DNA from: Cyanophora paradoxa CCMP329
Taxonomy: Eukaryota > Plantae > Glaucophyta
Direction of reading: 5' to 3'
DNA: 64,000 nucleotides
Assembly: GCA_004431415.1 (NCBI GenBank)
Contig: QPMI01000408.1
Span: forward strand, 992,001-1,056,000
Shown: in pieces, positions 1-11,400 of the stretch
How the letters are laid out: the number at the start of each line of letters is the position of its first letter
Numbering within the stretch: position 1 is the first letter of the stretch
Notes under the pieces: generated by a model
The model's database searches: none
Seen by the model: only the letters and a program-made list of their open reading frames with translations
Told to the model about the DNA's origin: nothing
Position numbers and translations under genes: made by a program

Positions 1-1030
1 CCTCAACAGATGGATCAGGCTCCGAAACAGCACGAGGAGAACGCGCTCTCGGAGACCCCTCCTCGTCGCCCGCCTGCCCCAAGGCATCGCTCTCATCAAC
101 GATGATGATAATCGGGTCGCTGTCTCCCGGGAAAGGAGACACACGACGCTCGCCGGCCGGTCGCCCGGCAGGCACAGAGGCCGGAGAGCTGGAAGGAGAG
201 GCGTAGGACCCGGGGGTGGGCACGAGGGGGCGCGGAAGTTCAGCCGACCCATGATCCTCGCCTCCCTCGTTGACAGGCAGATCCTCGGCCCCCTGGCCGT
301 GCGGGTCTACAGCCGTCGCAGTCGAAGCATTCCCTCCAGACCCAGTAACTCTCGGTAAAAAAGAGCCTGCATCTGATATAATTGCTGTCAATCGCAATTG
401 CGAAATAAAACGTCAGAAGAGCAATCACAGTAATCAGACAAGTCACCATCGAAAACATGATCATCACCATCAGTTGGTTCCAAAGTAAGGCCACCTTCAA
501 CAACAAGCTCATCATCATCGAAATCAGCTGGTTTCAAAGGGCGGTTCCAACATGCCAGATTTCGCCGGAACCGCTCCTTATGAAACGCTGCCGCAGGCCG
601 ATAAAACGTTCAGATATATCAGAATATGCGCTAAGAGAATAAGAAAGAAAAACGACAACTTATTAAATAAATGACGCACCATCAGCGACAGGAGTAAAGT
701 CCGCAGCGGTTGCTGGAAGATCCTTAGAACTGTCTTCCGCGGCGGCAGCGCTCTCATCGGTAGAAGACGAGCTAAGCGACGGAAAGCACTCGTTTGACGA
801 AGGAGCAGTGCCTGCAGCGATGATGCTCAAGTCAGTTGCAGAAGGCAGGTCGCGCCGAACACGCTAACAATGTAGAGATTCGCGACCACCTTCGCTAGCG
901 GAGCTGACCGCAGCCGCACTCATCAGAGTCCAATCCGACAGGCGCCGGCGGTGACTAGTACTAGTACTGCGTCCAGGAATCAGGTCGCGTCCCACGGAGT
1001 AGCCGCACTCCGTGAGATCAAATAGTCACC
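1..1030 (-). CDS. Partial multi-exon hypothetical protein, acidic/low-complexity, runs off the left edge
   Basis: Manual splicing gives a continuous frame across three phase-1 G|GT...CAG introns: ECGYSVGRDLIPG..SASE / GTAPSSNECF..FTPVAD / AFHKERFRRNLACWNRPLKPADFDDDELVVEGG..HVFD / GSFLPRVTG..DPIIIIVDESDALG..(open to base 1). No recognisable domain; 5' end not located. Confidence 0.5.
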
Positions 1031-1709
1031 TTATACGCCTCACCGGGAGCCTACCCAAACTGAGGCTCCCGGAGTCTTTGCGACCGCAAGTAACGGAGCC
1101 CTTGCGACCGCGAGTAAAACGAGCGGCCTGGCTTAGCCAAGCGTGCGGCACAATAGGATGTGCCTGTGTCCAAGCAACTGCGCTCTCCGCGGTGCCCGAA
1201 CGACGATGCTGTGGCCAAGCAACTAAGCAGGCAAGACAAGGGTACAACTATAAGACCGGAGAGCAAACGCTACAGACGGCGGACGGAGGAAAAACCACAG
1301 CTGCCGGACGACGGAGGTGTACACCGTCCACAATACGAGCTCGAGTCGCGTCGTGCTCGACCAAGCGGCGCTCAAAGCAAAGCCGGAAGTGCGCCTCGCA
1401 CCGGAGAGATCCTGAGCACGCGCGCTCAACTGCTCAACAGAAGGAGACCGAGATGCTGGGCCCTCGAACGCAAGGGTGCGGCAGTGCGCTCCACCCGACC
1501 CGTCCCGCAGGTGGCACAGAGAATTCTGTCGCCTTCTCCAGCCCGAGGCCCAGGGAGAATCGCGTACCAGTTTTGCCGCTTCGCGTGTCTCCTCTGACTC
1601 GACGGCAGATATTGATCCCCCGATCTGTGGCTCGGTACTGATCGGCGCGCAATGACGTTTTCTCAGTCATTCAGCACCGGCGAGGTTGCGGGGAGCGTCA
1701 GCGACATCC

Positions 1710-3890
1710 CTCCATGCTGCGCTGAGAGCCACGCAGGAGGCAAGGCCTCTGCACGTCGCGTCGAGCGGCAGCTCGACGAGCAGCCTCGAGCTTCTGCCCG
1801 GGTGCGTAAGCCGCCCCGCCCCGCCCCGCCCCGCCCAGCCCCGACGCCATGCTGCGATGCGAAAAGTGCACGAGGCAAGGCCTCTGCACGCCACGTCGAG
1901 CGGCAGCTCGACGAGCGGCCTGCTGCGCTGAGGGACAAGCAGGAGGCAAGGCCTCCGCACGCCGCGTCGAGCGGCAACTCGGCGAGCGGCCTCGAGCTTC
2001 GCCCCGCCCGGCTTAGTGAGCAGCCCCGCCCCGCCCCGCACCGCCCCGCCCCGCCCCGCCCCGACCCGCCGCCATACTGAGCTGAGAGACGCGCAGGAGG
2101 CAAGGCCTCCGCACGCCGAGTCGAGCGGCAACTCGGCGAGCGGCCTCGAGCTTCGCCCCGCCCGGCTTCGTGAGCCGCCCCGCCCCGCCCGCCCCGCCCC
2201 GCCCCGCCCCGCCCCGACCCGCCGACATACTGAGCTGAGAGACGCGCAGGAGGCAAGGCCTCCGCACGCCGCGTCGAGCGGCAACTCGGCGAGCGGCCTC
2301 GAGCTTCGCCCCGCCCGGCTTCGTGAGCCGCCCCGCCCCGCCCCGCCCCGCCCCGTCCCGCCGCCATGCTGCGCTGAGAGACAAGCAGGAGGCAACGCCT
2401 CCGCACGCCGCTTCAAGCAGCCGCTCGGCGAGCGGCCTCGAGCTTCCCCCCGCCCGGGCTCGTGAGCCGCCCCGCCCCACTCCGCCCCGCTCCGCCGCCA
2501 TGCTGCGCTGAGAGACGCGCAGGAAACAAGGCCTCTGCACGCCGCGCCGAGCGGCAGCTCGGCGAGCGGCCTCGAGATTCACCCCGCCCGGCTTCGTGAG
2601 CCGCCCGCCCCGCCCCCCCCCGCCCCGCCCCACCCCGCCACCATGCCGCGCCGAAAGACAAGCAGGAGACAAGACAGCTGCACGCCAAGTCGAGCGGCAG
2701 CTCGGCGAACGGCATCGAGCCTCGCCCCGCCCGGCTACGTCACGAAGTCGCTGATCATGAAGAATCCGGACGCCTACACCCATCTACAGGAGGAGGATCA
2801 GGATGAGTAGCGGCCTCGAGCTTCGCCCCGCCCATCTTCGCGAGCCACCCCACCCCGCCGCGCCCCGCCCCGCCCCGCCGCCATGCTGCGCTGAGATACG
2901 CGAAGGAGGCAAGGCCTCGGCACGCCGCGTCGAGCGGCAGCTCGGCGAGCGGCCTCGAGCCTCGGCCCGCCCATCTTCGCGAGCCACCCCACCCCGCCCC
3001 GCCCCGCCCCGCCCCGCCGCCATGCTGCGCTGAGAGACGCGCAGGATGCAAGGCCTCCGCACGCCGAATCAAGCGGCAGCTTGGCGACCGGCCTCGAGCT
3101 TCCCCCCGCCCGGGATCGTGAGCCGCCCCGCCCAGCCCCACCCCACTCCGCCGCCGCGAAGCGATGAGAGACGCGCAGGAGGCAAGGCCTCTGCACGCCG
3201 CGTCGAGCGGCAGCTCGGCGAGCGGCCTCGAGCTTCGCTCCGCCCGGCTTCGTGAGCCGCCCCGCCCCGCCCCGCCCCGCCCCGCCCCGCCGCCATGCTG
3301 CGCTGAGAGACGCGCAGGAGGCAAGGCATCCGCACGCCGCGTCGAGCGGCAGCTCGGCGAGCGGCCTCGAGCTTCCCCCCGCCCGGGATCGTGAGCCGCC
3401 CCGCCCAGCCCCACCCCACTCCGCCGCCGCGAAGCGCTGAGATACGCGCAGGAGACAAGGCCTCTGCACGCCGCGTCGAACGGCAGCTCGGCGAGCAGCC
3501 TCGAGCTGAGCTCCGCCCTGCTTCGTGAGCCGCCCCGCCCCGCCCCACCCCGCCCCGCCGCGCCCCGCCCCGCCCCGTCCCGCCGCCATGCTGCGGTGAG
3601 AGCCGCGCAGGAGGCAAGGCCTCCGCACGCCGCGTCGAGCGGCAGCTCGGCGAGCGGCCTCGAGCTTCTCCCGCCCGGGATCGTGAGCCGCCCCGCCCGA
3701 CCCACCCGCTCCGCCGCCGCGAAGCGCTGAGAGACGCGCAGGAGGCAAGGCCTCTGCACGCCGCGTCAAGCGACAGCTCGGCGAGCAGCCTCGAGCTTCG
3801 CCCCGCCCAGCTTCGTGAGCCGCCCCGCCCCGCCCCCCCCGCCCCGCCGCGCCCCGCCCCGCCCCGCCGCCATGCTGCGCAGGGAGACAC
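1710..3890 (+). repeat. Tandem repeat array A, ~120-bp GC-rich unit, roughly 17-18 copies
   Basis: Unit approx. GCCATGCTGCGCTGAGAGACGCGCAGGAGGCAAGGCCTCCGCACGCCGCGTCGAGCGGCAGCTCGGCGAGCGGCCTCGAGCTTCGCCCCGCCCGGCTTCGTGAGCC+(CCCCG)n; interrupted once at 2737-2808. Confidence 0.93.
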
Positions 3891-5175
3891 GCAGTACCCC
3901 GACGTCGCCACCCTTCAGCGCCAAGCAATTACGGCCCCCCATCGCCCCGCCCGCTCAAACATGCTCCCCGCAGAGGAAGTCCAAGGGAGGGCGAGGACGG
4001 CGTGCTACACGACGGAGGTGACGTCATCGGCTCGCCAACGCCACCCCTACGGCCCCCCTGCGCCCCTTCCACGCATTCCGGCTCCCCGCCCCGGCAGACC
4101 CGCTGTAGCTGCGGTCCCCGGGGGACAGAGGACAGCGTCCTCCGCATTGAGAGGCACGTCATCAGCTCGCCCCGGCCGCCCTCAATGCCCATGCTCGCGG
4201 CACACCGCCGGCGCCCCGCCCCACCCGCCTTCCGGCGCCTCGCACATGCTGCCCCCAATCACACGGCCACCGTGATTTTCCAGCTCCCATGTGGGCAATG
4301 CAGGGCGCGCGCGGGCATCCACACAGATAAGACATGCCACAAAATATCAACACTGTGACAGAATACAACATGCACATCACACAACATTCGACTCACTTCG
4401 ACCAACATGAGCAGGCGGCCGTCGGCACACCCTCATGCCACCGCCGCGGGCCCCACGCGGAAGGGCGGAGGCGCGGGGAAGGGCAGCACAACGCGAGACG
4501 CTCGAAGGAGGCGGGGAAGGTGGCGACGCTTGAAGACAGCGGCGATCGCTTGAAGGCGGCAGCAGCGGCGGTAGACGCTTAAAGACAAGACGCTTGAAGG
4601 CCACTAGAACCTGCGATCAGGAACATGCGAGGGCAGCAGCCTAAACCTTGGGCGACCGATGTTAGCGGAAGCAACACTGCACATGCGCAGAAAACGGGGC
4701 GCACGGTGGCACTCATTCTTGAGCCGTGTTCGCCGCAGACTATAACTAGGATGCGACGACCCCGCGTGGTCATCCATCTGTCGTTGCCCGTGAGGGCGAC
4801 ACCCACGACGGGACGTCGACGCGGTCAACCTGTAATCGCCATGCCATCGTAGTCCGCTCCCAATAGCTTCGCGCGGAAGAAGAAAGCACTCCATGTTAGA
4901 AAGACAAGCACAACCCATGCGCGGAGGAAGGCACGCACGGTAAACCGCGGTACAGATGAACAATGAGCTCATCGCTCATTCTTGTCGCACCGGCATGGAA
5001 CCCTAGCACCATCCCACCCAACACATTCCTTCGGAAGCTCAGCCATGAGGCTCTCACAATGACATAAAAGCGCGGACCGTACCTGTGGCCGAGCAACTGC
5101 GCGGCCGCGTCAATATCAACGACCAGCTGACCGGCAGGCCGGGCCCGTCAATATGCAGTACCCGTAGATCTAGAC

Positions 5176-5238
5176 CAGCCGTCCCGGACGGCTGCTCACA
5201 TCGCATAGACCCTGGTTCGAATCCAGAGAGTGAGTCTT
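5176..5238 (+). ncRNA. tRNA-like fragment (T-arm/Pol III B-box) with upstream hairpin, copy 1
   Basis: CAGCCGTC-ccg-GACGGCTG hairpin, then CTCACATCGCATAGAC CCTGG TTCGAAT CCAGA GAGTGAG; one T-stem mismatch; no D-arm or 5' half found. Confidence 0.4.
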
Positions 5239-5289
5239 ATTCAAGTTCGTTAGCTAGGACATGGACTAGAATATAGTAAGCCGCCCGGG

Positions 5290-6470
5290 GCGCAGCGGCG
5301 GGTCATCTCTCGCTTGGTGCGCGCCTCCCCACCCTTCGCCACCGCGCCTCGCGCGACGGGGCGGGCACAAGGATCTCGACTCGCGACGCCCGCGCGGCGG
5401 AGGCGGCCGGAACGCAGCGGCGACCCATCTCTCGCTTGGTGCGCGCCTCCCCGCCCTTCAGCGCCGCGCCCCGCACGACAGGTGAGGGCCCGACTCGCAG
5501 CGCCTTCGCGCCAGGGCCGGGGCGCCCGGGGTGCAGCGGCGGGCAATGTCTCGCTTGGTGCGAACCTCCCCGCCCTTCCCCGCCGCGCCCTGCGCGACGG
5601 GGCGGGCGCAGGTAGCTCTACTCACGGCGCCTTCGCGGCGGGGGCGACCAGGACGCAGCGGCGGCCCATCTATAGCTTCGTGCGCGCCTCCCCGCCCTTC
5701 ACCGCCGCGCCCCGCGCGACAAGCCGAGCGCAGTCGACCCGCCTCGCAGGGCGCAGTGCTAGCGGCGGACCATCTCTTACTTGGTGCGGGCCTCCAAGCA
5801 CTTCGTCGCCGCGCCTCGCGACGGGGCGGGCGCAGGGATCTCGACTCACGACGCCCGCGCGGCGGCGGCGGCCGGAACGCAGCGGCGGCCCATCTCTCGC
5901 TTGGTGCCCGCCTCCCCGCACTTCGACACCGCGCCTCGCGCGACGGGGCGGACGCAGGGGTCTCGACTCACGACGCCCGCGCGGCGGGGGCGGCCGGAAC
6001 GCAGCGGCGGCCCATCTCTTGCTTGGTGCGCGCCTCCCCGACCTTCAGCGCCGCGCCCCGCGCGACAAGGTGAACGCAGGCGACCCAACTCGCAACGCCT
6101 TCGCGTCAGGGCCGTGGCGGCCGGGGTGCAGCGGCGGCCCATGTCTCGCTTGGTGCGTTCCTCCCCGCCCTTCCCCTCCGCGCCCCATGCGACCGGACGG
6201 GCGCAGGTCGCTCGCCTCGCGGCGCCTTCGCGGCGGGCGCGGCCGGGACGCAGCAGGTGCCTACTGTGCTCTCCGCGTCCGTGCCTCGCGCGACGGGGCG
6301 GGCGCAGGGAGGTAAACTCGCAGCGTCCTCGCGGCGGCGGCGGCCGGGACATAGCGGCGGCTCATCTCTCGCTTCGTGCGCACCTCCCCGCCCTTCGACG
6401 CCGCGCCCCGCGCGACTAGGTGAGCGCAGGCAACCCAACTCGAGGCGCCTTCACGACTGGACCGGGACGG
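5290..6470 (+). repeat. Tandem repeat array B, block 1 (~120-bp diverged units, ~10 copies)
   Basis: Recurrent GCAGCGGCGGCCCATCTCTCGCTTGGTGCGCGCCTCCCCGCCCTTC..GCGCGACGGGGCGGGCGCAGG..CTCGACTC.. at ~120-bp spacing. Confidence 0.9.
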
Positions 6471-6803
6471 CAGGAGGATAGCAATTGAGAACAAAAATCC
6501 CAAGCTAGAGTGCGTCGGCGGCGGTCACAGAGGCCAAGTCCGCAGCTGCAAGCAGAGGCCAAGCCCTGAAGTTCGCAGCTGCAAGCACGGCAGCGGGGCC
6601 ACAGCCCTGGCGGCGGTCTAGGTAGATACATAGATTCCTTGCGGGCGCACACCCTGATTGTTTAGCAGAGGCTAAATAACTACCAGTTCATTACCTAGGA
6701 CATGGACTACAATAACGTAGGCCGCCCGAAGAGAAGATGACCGGCGACAACGGCCAAATGGTTCGGGCGGAAGCTTGGATATTCGGTACCCGAAGATCTA
6801 GAC

Positions 6804-6865
6804 CAGCCGTCCGGAACGGCTGCTCACATCGCATAGACCCTGGTTCGAATCCAGGGAGTGGGTCT
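6804..6865 (+). ncRNA. tRNA-like fragment (T-arm/Pol III B-box) with upstream hairpin, copy 2
   Basis: CAGCCGT-ccgga-ACGGCTG hairpin, then CTCACAT CGCAT AGAC CCTGG TTCGAAT CCAGG GAGTGGG T; perfect T-arm and GGTTCGAATCC B-box. Confidence 0.45.
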
Positions 6866-6944
6866 TATTCGCCATCTTGCTTTCAGTCCACGGTACAAAG
6901 TTCGTTAGCTAGGACATGGACTAGAATATAGTAAGCCGCCTGGA

Positions 6945-8115
6945 GCGCAGCGCCGGGTCATCTCTCGCATGGTGCGCGCCTCCCCAACCTTCGCCACCGC
7001 GCCCCGCGCGACAAGCAGAGCGCAGGCAACCCCACTCGCAGGGCGCAGCGGCAGCCCATCTCTTACTTGGTGCGGGCCTCCCCGCACTGCGGCGCCGCGC
7101 CTCGCGCGACGGAGCGGGCGCATGGATCTCGACTCAGGACGCCCGCGCGGCATGGGCGGCCGGAACGAAGCGGCGGCCCATCTCTCGCTTGGTGCGCGCC
7201 TCCCCGCCCTTAAGCGCCGCGCCCCGCACGACGAGGTGAGGGCAGGCGACCCGACCCGCAGCGCCTTCGCGACAGGGCAGGGGCGCCCGGGGTGCAGCGG
7301 CGGGCCATGTCTCGCTTGGTGCGAACCTCCCCGCCCTTCCCCGCCGCGCCCTGCGCGACGGGCGGGCGCAGGTAGCTCTACTCGCGGTGCCTTCGCGGCG
7401 GGGGCGACCGGGACGCAGCGGCGGCCCATCTATAGCTTCGTGCGCGCCTCCCCGCCATTCACCGCCGCGCCCGCGCGACAAGCCGAGCGCAGTCGACCCG
7501 CCTCGCAGGGCGCAGTGCTAGCGGCGGACCATCTCTTACTTGGTGCGGGCCTCCAAGCACTTCGGCGCCACGCCTCGCGCGACGGGGCGGGCGCAGGGGT
7601 CTCGACTCACGACGCCCGCGCGGCGGGGGCGGCAGGAACGCAGCGGCGGCCCATCTCTTGCTTGGTGCGCGCCTCCCCGACCTTCAGCGCCGCGCCCCGC
7701 GCGACGAGGTGAACGCAGGCGACCCAACTCGCGGCGCCTTCGCGTCAGGGCCGTGGCGGCCGGGGTGCAGCGGCGGCCCATGTCTCGCTTGGTGCGGGCC
7801 TCCCCGCCCTTCCACGCCGCGCCCTGTGCGACCGGACGGGCGCAGGTAGCTCGCCTCACCGAGTCGCGGCGCCTTCGCGGCGGGCGCGGCCCGGACGCAG
7901 CGGGTGCATACTGTGCTCTCCGCGTCTGCGCCTCGCGCGACGGGGCGGGCACAGTGAGGTGAACTCGCAGCGTCCTCGCGCCGGCGGCGGCCGGGGCATA
8001 GCGGCGGCTCATCTCTCGCTTCGTGCGCACCTCCCCGCCCTTCGACGCCGCGCCCCGCGCGACTAGGTGAGTGCAGGCAACCCAACTCGAGGCGCTTTCG
8101 CGGCTGGACCGGGAC
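6945..8115 (+). repeat. Tandem repeat array B, block 2 (near-copy of block 1; ~1.63-kb segmental duplication)
   Basis: Same unit and largely the same order of diagnostic variants as 5290-6470 (e.g. CCATCTATAGCTTCGTGCG, GCAGTGCTAGCGGCGGACC, GACTAGGTGAG). Confidence 0.9.
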
Positions 8116-8447
8116 GGCCGGGACTATCCGCACCGGCCACCCCCACAGGCCCGCCCAGCGGCCGCCCCGCCCCACCCAGCGTCCGCCCTGCCCGTGGCCG
8201 CCCTGACCCGCCCGCCCGCCCCGCCCCGCCACGCCCCGCCCCGCGGCCGACAAACTAAATTGTACGAATACAAGTGTAATACTAGCTGGCTTCTCAGAAG
8301 TGAGAGCAGCGCCGCGGCGCTGGCAGTCATGCAGCCACAGACCTTAAGCTTCCAGAAGTTTAGTCCGACGAAAAAATAGTGGAGGGCATCACACCTGCCG
8401 CAATGAAAACATCATCCAAGGGATAACAGGAAAGTAGACATATACCG

Positions 8448-11400
8448 CTATAGGCAGGACGAACATGCAGAAAAGTCCAACGCAGGAACTTGGTCCGTGG
8501 ACTTCATAACTTGCTCCTCCATCAGAGCGATGGAAGTCTTGCGTTTGCGCGAAATAAAGGTGTGGTTCGATCTTGATATCGTCATGACCTTCGTCATCTC
8601 CTCAACGCTGAAGTTCGCAATATCGAGTGCAATCCAATCGACTGCAGCAGGCCAGACAGGCGAGCTCATGCCAATATCAAGCTCCTCCAAAGTAGCTTCG
8701 AAGCAGACACAAACCCAATCGCCGCAATTAATCACTCCAGTCTGCAGCTTGAAGCCAGGTGGAACTACAAGAGTGCAGATATAATCTGGGAAAAGACGAT
8801 GTAGCTCTACCTCTAGCTCTTCCGGCATGCCGTCTCCTTTCGAATCGAACCAGCGAATTTGCTTCAACTCCTTCATTACGGACATCAGGCAAAAATGCTC
8901 TCCAAATCCGCGGGGATCAACGTTGTCCCCTGTAGTAACAGGACACGAAAAGCACACAGCACTACCACCATTCAACATAAGGTTCGCCGCTCTATCTGGA
9001 GTATTCAGGCTGCGTAGAGACTGCAGGAGCAGCTGCTCGTGCATCGGGTAGGCGAGCATCACGCGCTGAAGCAAGTGATTGTACTTCTTGGACTTGAGAG
9101 CCCCAGATGTCGTGCAGGCAACGTGAACGTCCTGCGCGTCTCATGTCAGCACACGAAGCTAGAAAAACCATAACCAACGCAATCATTACGCTTTCACCGT
9201 TAGCCAATCCTTGGAGGATGGGACTGTCTGTTCTGAATGCGGCCGGCTGGTCGTCCTCTGCCGCGCTTGATTCCCCTTGCCGCGCTTCGCAGTTGGAGTT
9301 CCACGCGCATTCTCCATCCCCTAGGCAAACGTGCGTCAAGAATAAAGACACCCAGCGGCAGACGCAAAAAGGGACACACGTCAACACGCTCGTCAGTTGC
9401 CCCGTAGCCCTCAGCCGGAACAGAGACGGCAGCCTCGCGTCCGGCCGAGTTCAAAACAGATGAGCTACGGCTCGGCGATCAGATCACATTGACGAAAGTG
9501 CTTGAAACCGCTACGGTTACACACCGTCTCTTGGGAGGCATCACACGGCAGGGACAATACGGCAGATGGTGAAGAAGCGCCCGCCCGATCGCATCAACCA
9601 GCAGCGGCTCAAAAACGGACAACGAGCGCCGAACAGTGACAACGAGGGCCGGTGAACGAAGTGCCGGGTACACAGATAATCAAGTCGGTTCCCCGCATTC
9701 GCGTATACATAAGTATACGCGTGAGCTCATTGCAGCATTCAGCGTGTCTGCATGCCGTAGATGCCGCACGAGACAAACGACCGTTCATTGCCCGGAAGGA
9801 AGCAGAATAGCGGCACCACCCATCGAGCGCGAGGTGGGACGCGGAAAGCACAGTAGGCACTCGAACAACGAGGCAGGGACACGGAGGGCGAACCAGAGGC
9901 AACCAGCTAACGTCACTGGATGCAAAAGTCCCTAAATTCAGCGAACTGCTGTACACGAGCACATACAGACGCTCAATCACGTCCATTCAATGGACAGCAT
10001 ATAAAAACAAGCCCAGTTCAGGGAAGTGGGGGAAGAAAGAGGACAGTCGATGCACTCCGGAACCCTATGTATGACCTATACAGGGGGGCACTGCCCCTGA
10101 CGGCGACGAACTTGTTCGACCGGTAGAAGATTGTAATCCGAAAGGTTCACGTAGAGTCGCGCAATCTACCAGATAGACACAGTGAGAATATCCATGGCAA
10201 GGCAACATCAGCGAACGAGGCATGTTATTATCGCGAGAGCACCGTGACACACCCGTCCGTTCTCGCGGAAGGTTAACAGGTTCCGGTCGACGTCGGCTGC
10301 GATCAGTATCGCTATCTGCGCGAGTTCAATTACAGCCACATTGCACGCCCCGACTACATCAGCCAAGGCAATTATGCACCTTGGTAAGCGACTGGGCTCT
10401 GTCGATGCGCTTGAGAACCTTCTCGTTGAAAGCAGCACCATGCATGAGTGCCCTTACATAGTGCACAGTATGCTTGCCGATTTTCTCCTCGGTGAGCATC
10501 ACGAATTTCTGCAAATCAGCCCCGTGTCAAAGAAGAAGCGAAAGCAATGCACGTGAGCCACACTAACTTGGTAGACGTTGCTTGCGTCGCTCGACCGGTC
10601 CACCCACATGAACATAGTGCCAAGAGTGGAAGCAGCTCGCTCGAGACGGTATTGCGACAGTAGGCAGGACCCGCAACACCGCTCAGAGATCCACCACAGC
10701 AGCTGCCGGTTAATCAACAATGCATATCCTAGGGAGGGAATGCATATTCTAGATAGAGAATGAAGAGGTTGCTAACCTCGCAATAGCGGAGAACCTCATC
10801 AGACAAAAGTGCCAGTCGCCGGATCAGGCACTCTACCTTAATGAACAAGTGATCCCATACACAGCAGCGCTTGCTTTCGGTCGCGTCGGTGTCCCTGATA
10901 AGCTTGAATGCGGCCTGCACGCTCTAAGTCAGCAACTAGTAACGCGCCACGCGAAAGACAGAGCAAGCAGCTTCCCCGCGCCTCAGCCCAATACGTAGCA
11001 CCGGAGATATCCCCCTGCTCCAGCCGGGACAGCGCCAGGGTATAATGAAGAACGGGGTACGACGGAATGCTTGAATTCAGCTTGAGGATCGTCTGCTGAA
11101 AGGACATGCCAACCTGCAAGGTTCAGGCGATCAACAGAGAACGAGGGGGCGAATGCGCAAATAACAGGCACAAAAAACCCACCAGTGCGACATTCCCCGC
11201 GCTCTTGAAGTTGTACCGCGTTAGCTGGACCTCAGCCAGAAACTGGCAATGTTCATAGATTTGACCAGGATCAAAGGCCATCCGGGCGGCGGAATCAGCA
11301 CTTGCAAACTCCGTCAACTCGCTCTGTGACATCGGAGAGGCAGGTATCATGATATGGCTGGCCGCGGATCTATGAAAAGGCAATCGTACATGCACACCTC

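Noticed and set aside
1652-3928. Long Arg/Gly/Ala/Pro-rich ORFs (up to 376 aa) on both strands
   Set aside because: Products of stop-poor GC-rich repeats; unit lengths vary by non-multiples of three and no frame is conserved.
3900-5100. Possible minus-strand gene remnant (ORFs 4896-5096, 4604-4972, 4377-4604)
   Set aside because: Could not assemble a consistent spliced frame or recognise any motif.
6823-6863. Intact tRNA-Val(CAC) gene
   Set aside because: No 5' acceptor strand, D-arm or pairing anticodon stem upstream; reported only as tRNA-like.
1710-8115. Arrays as CRISPR-like repeat-spacer loci
   Set aside because: Units are contiguous diverged repeats without regular unique spacers (one exception at 2737-2808), there are no cas genes, and the context is eukaryotic.
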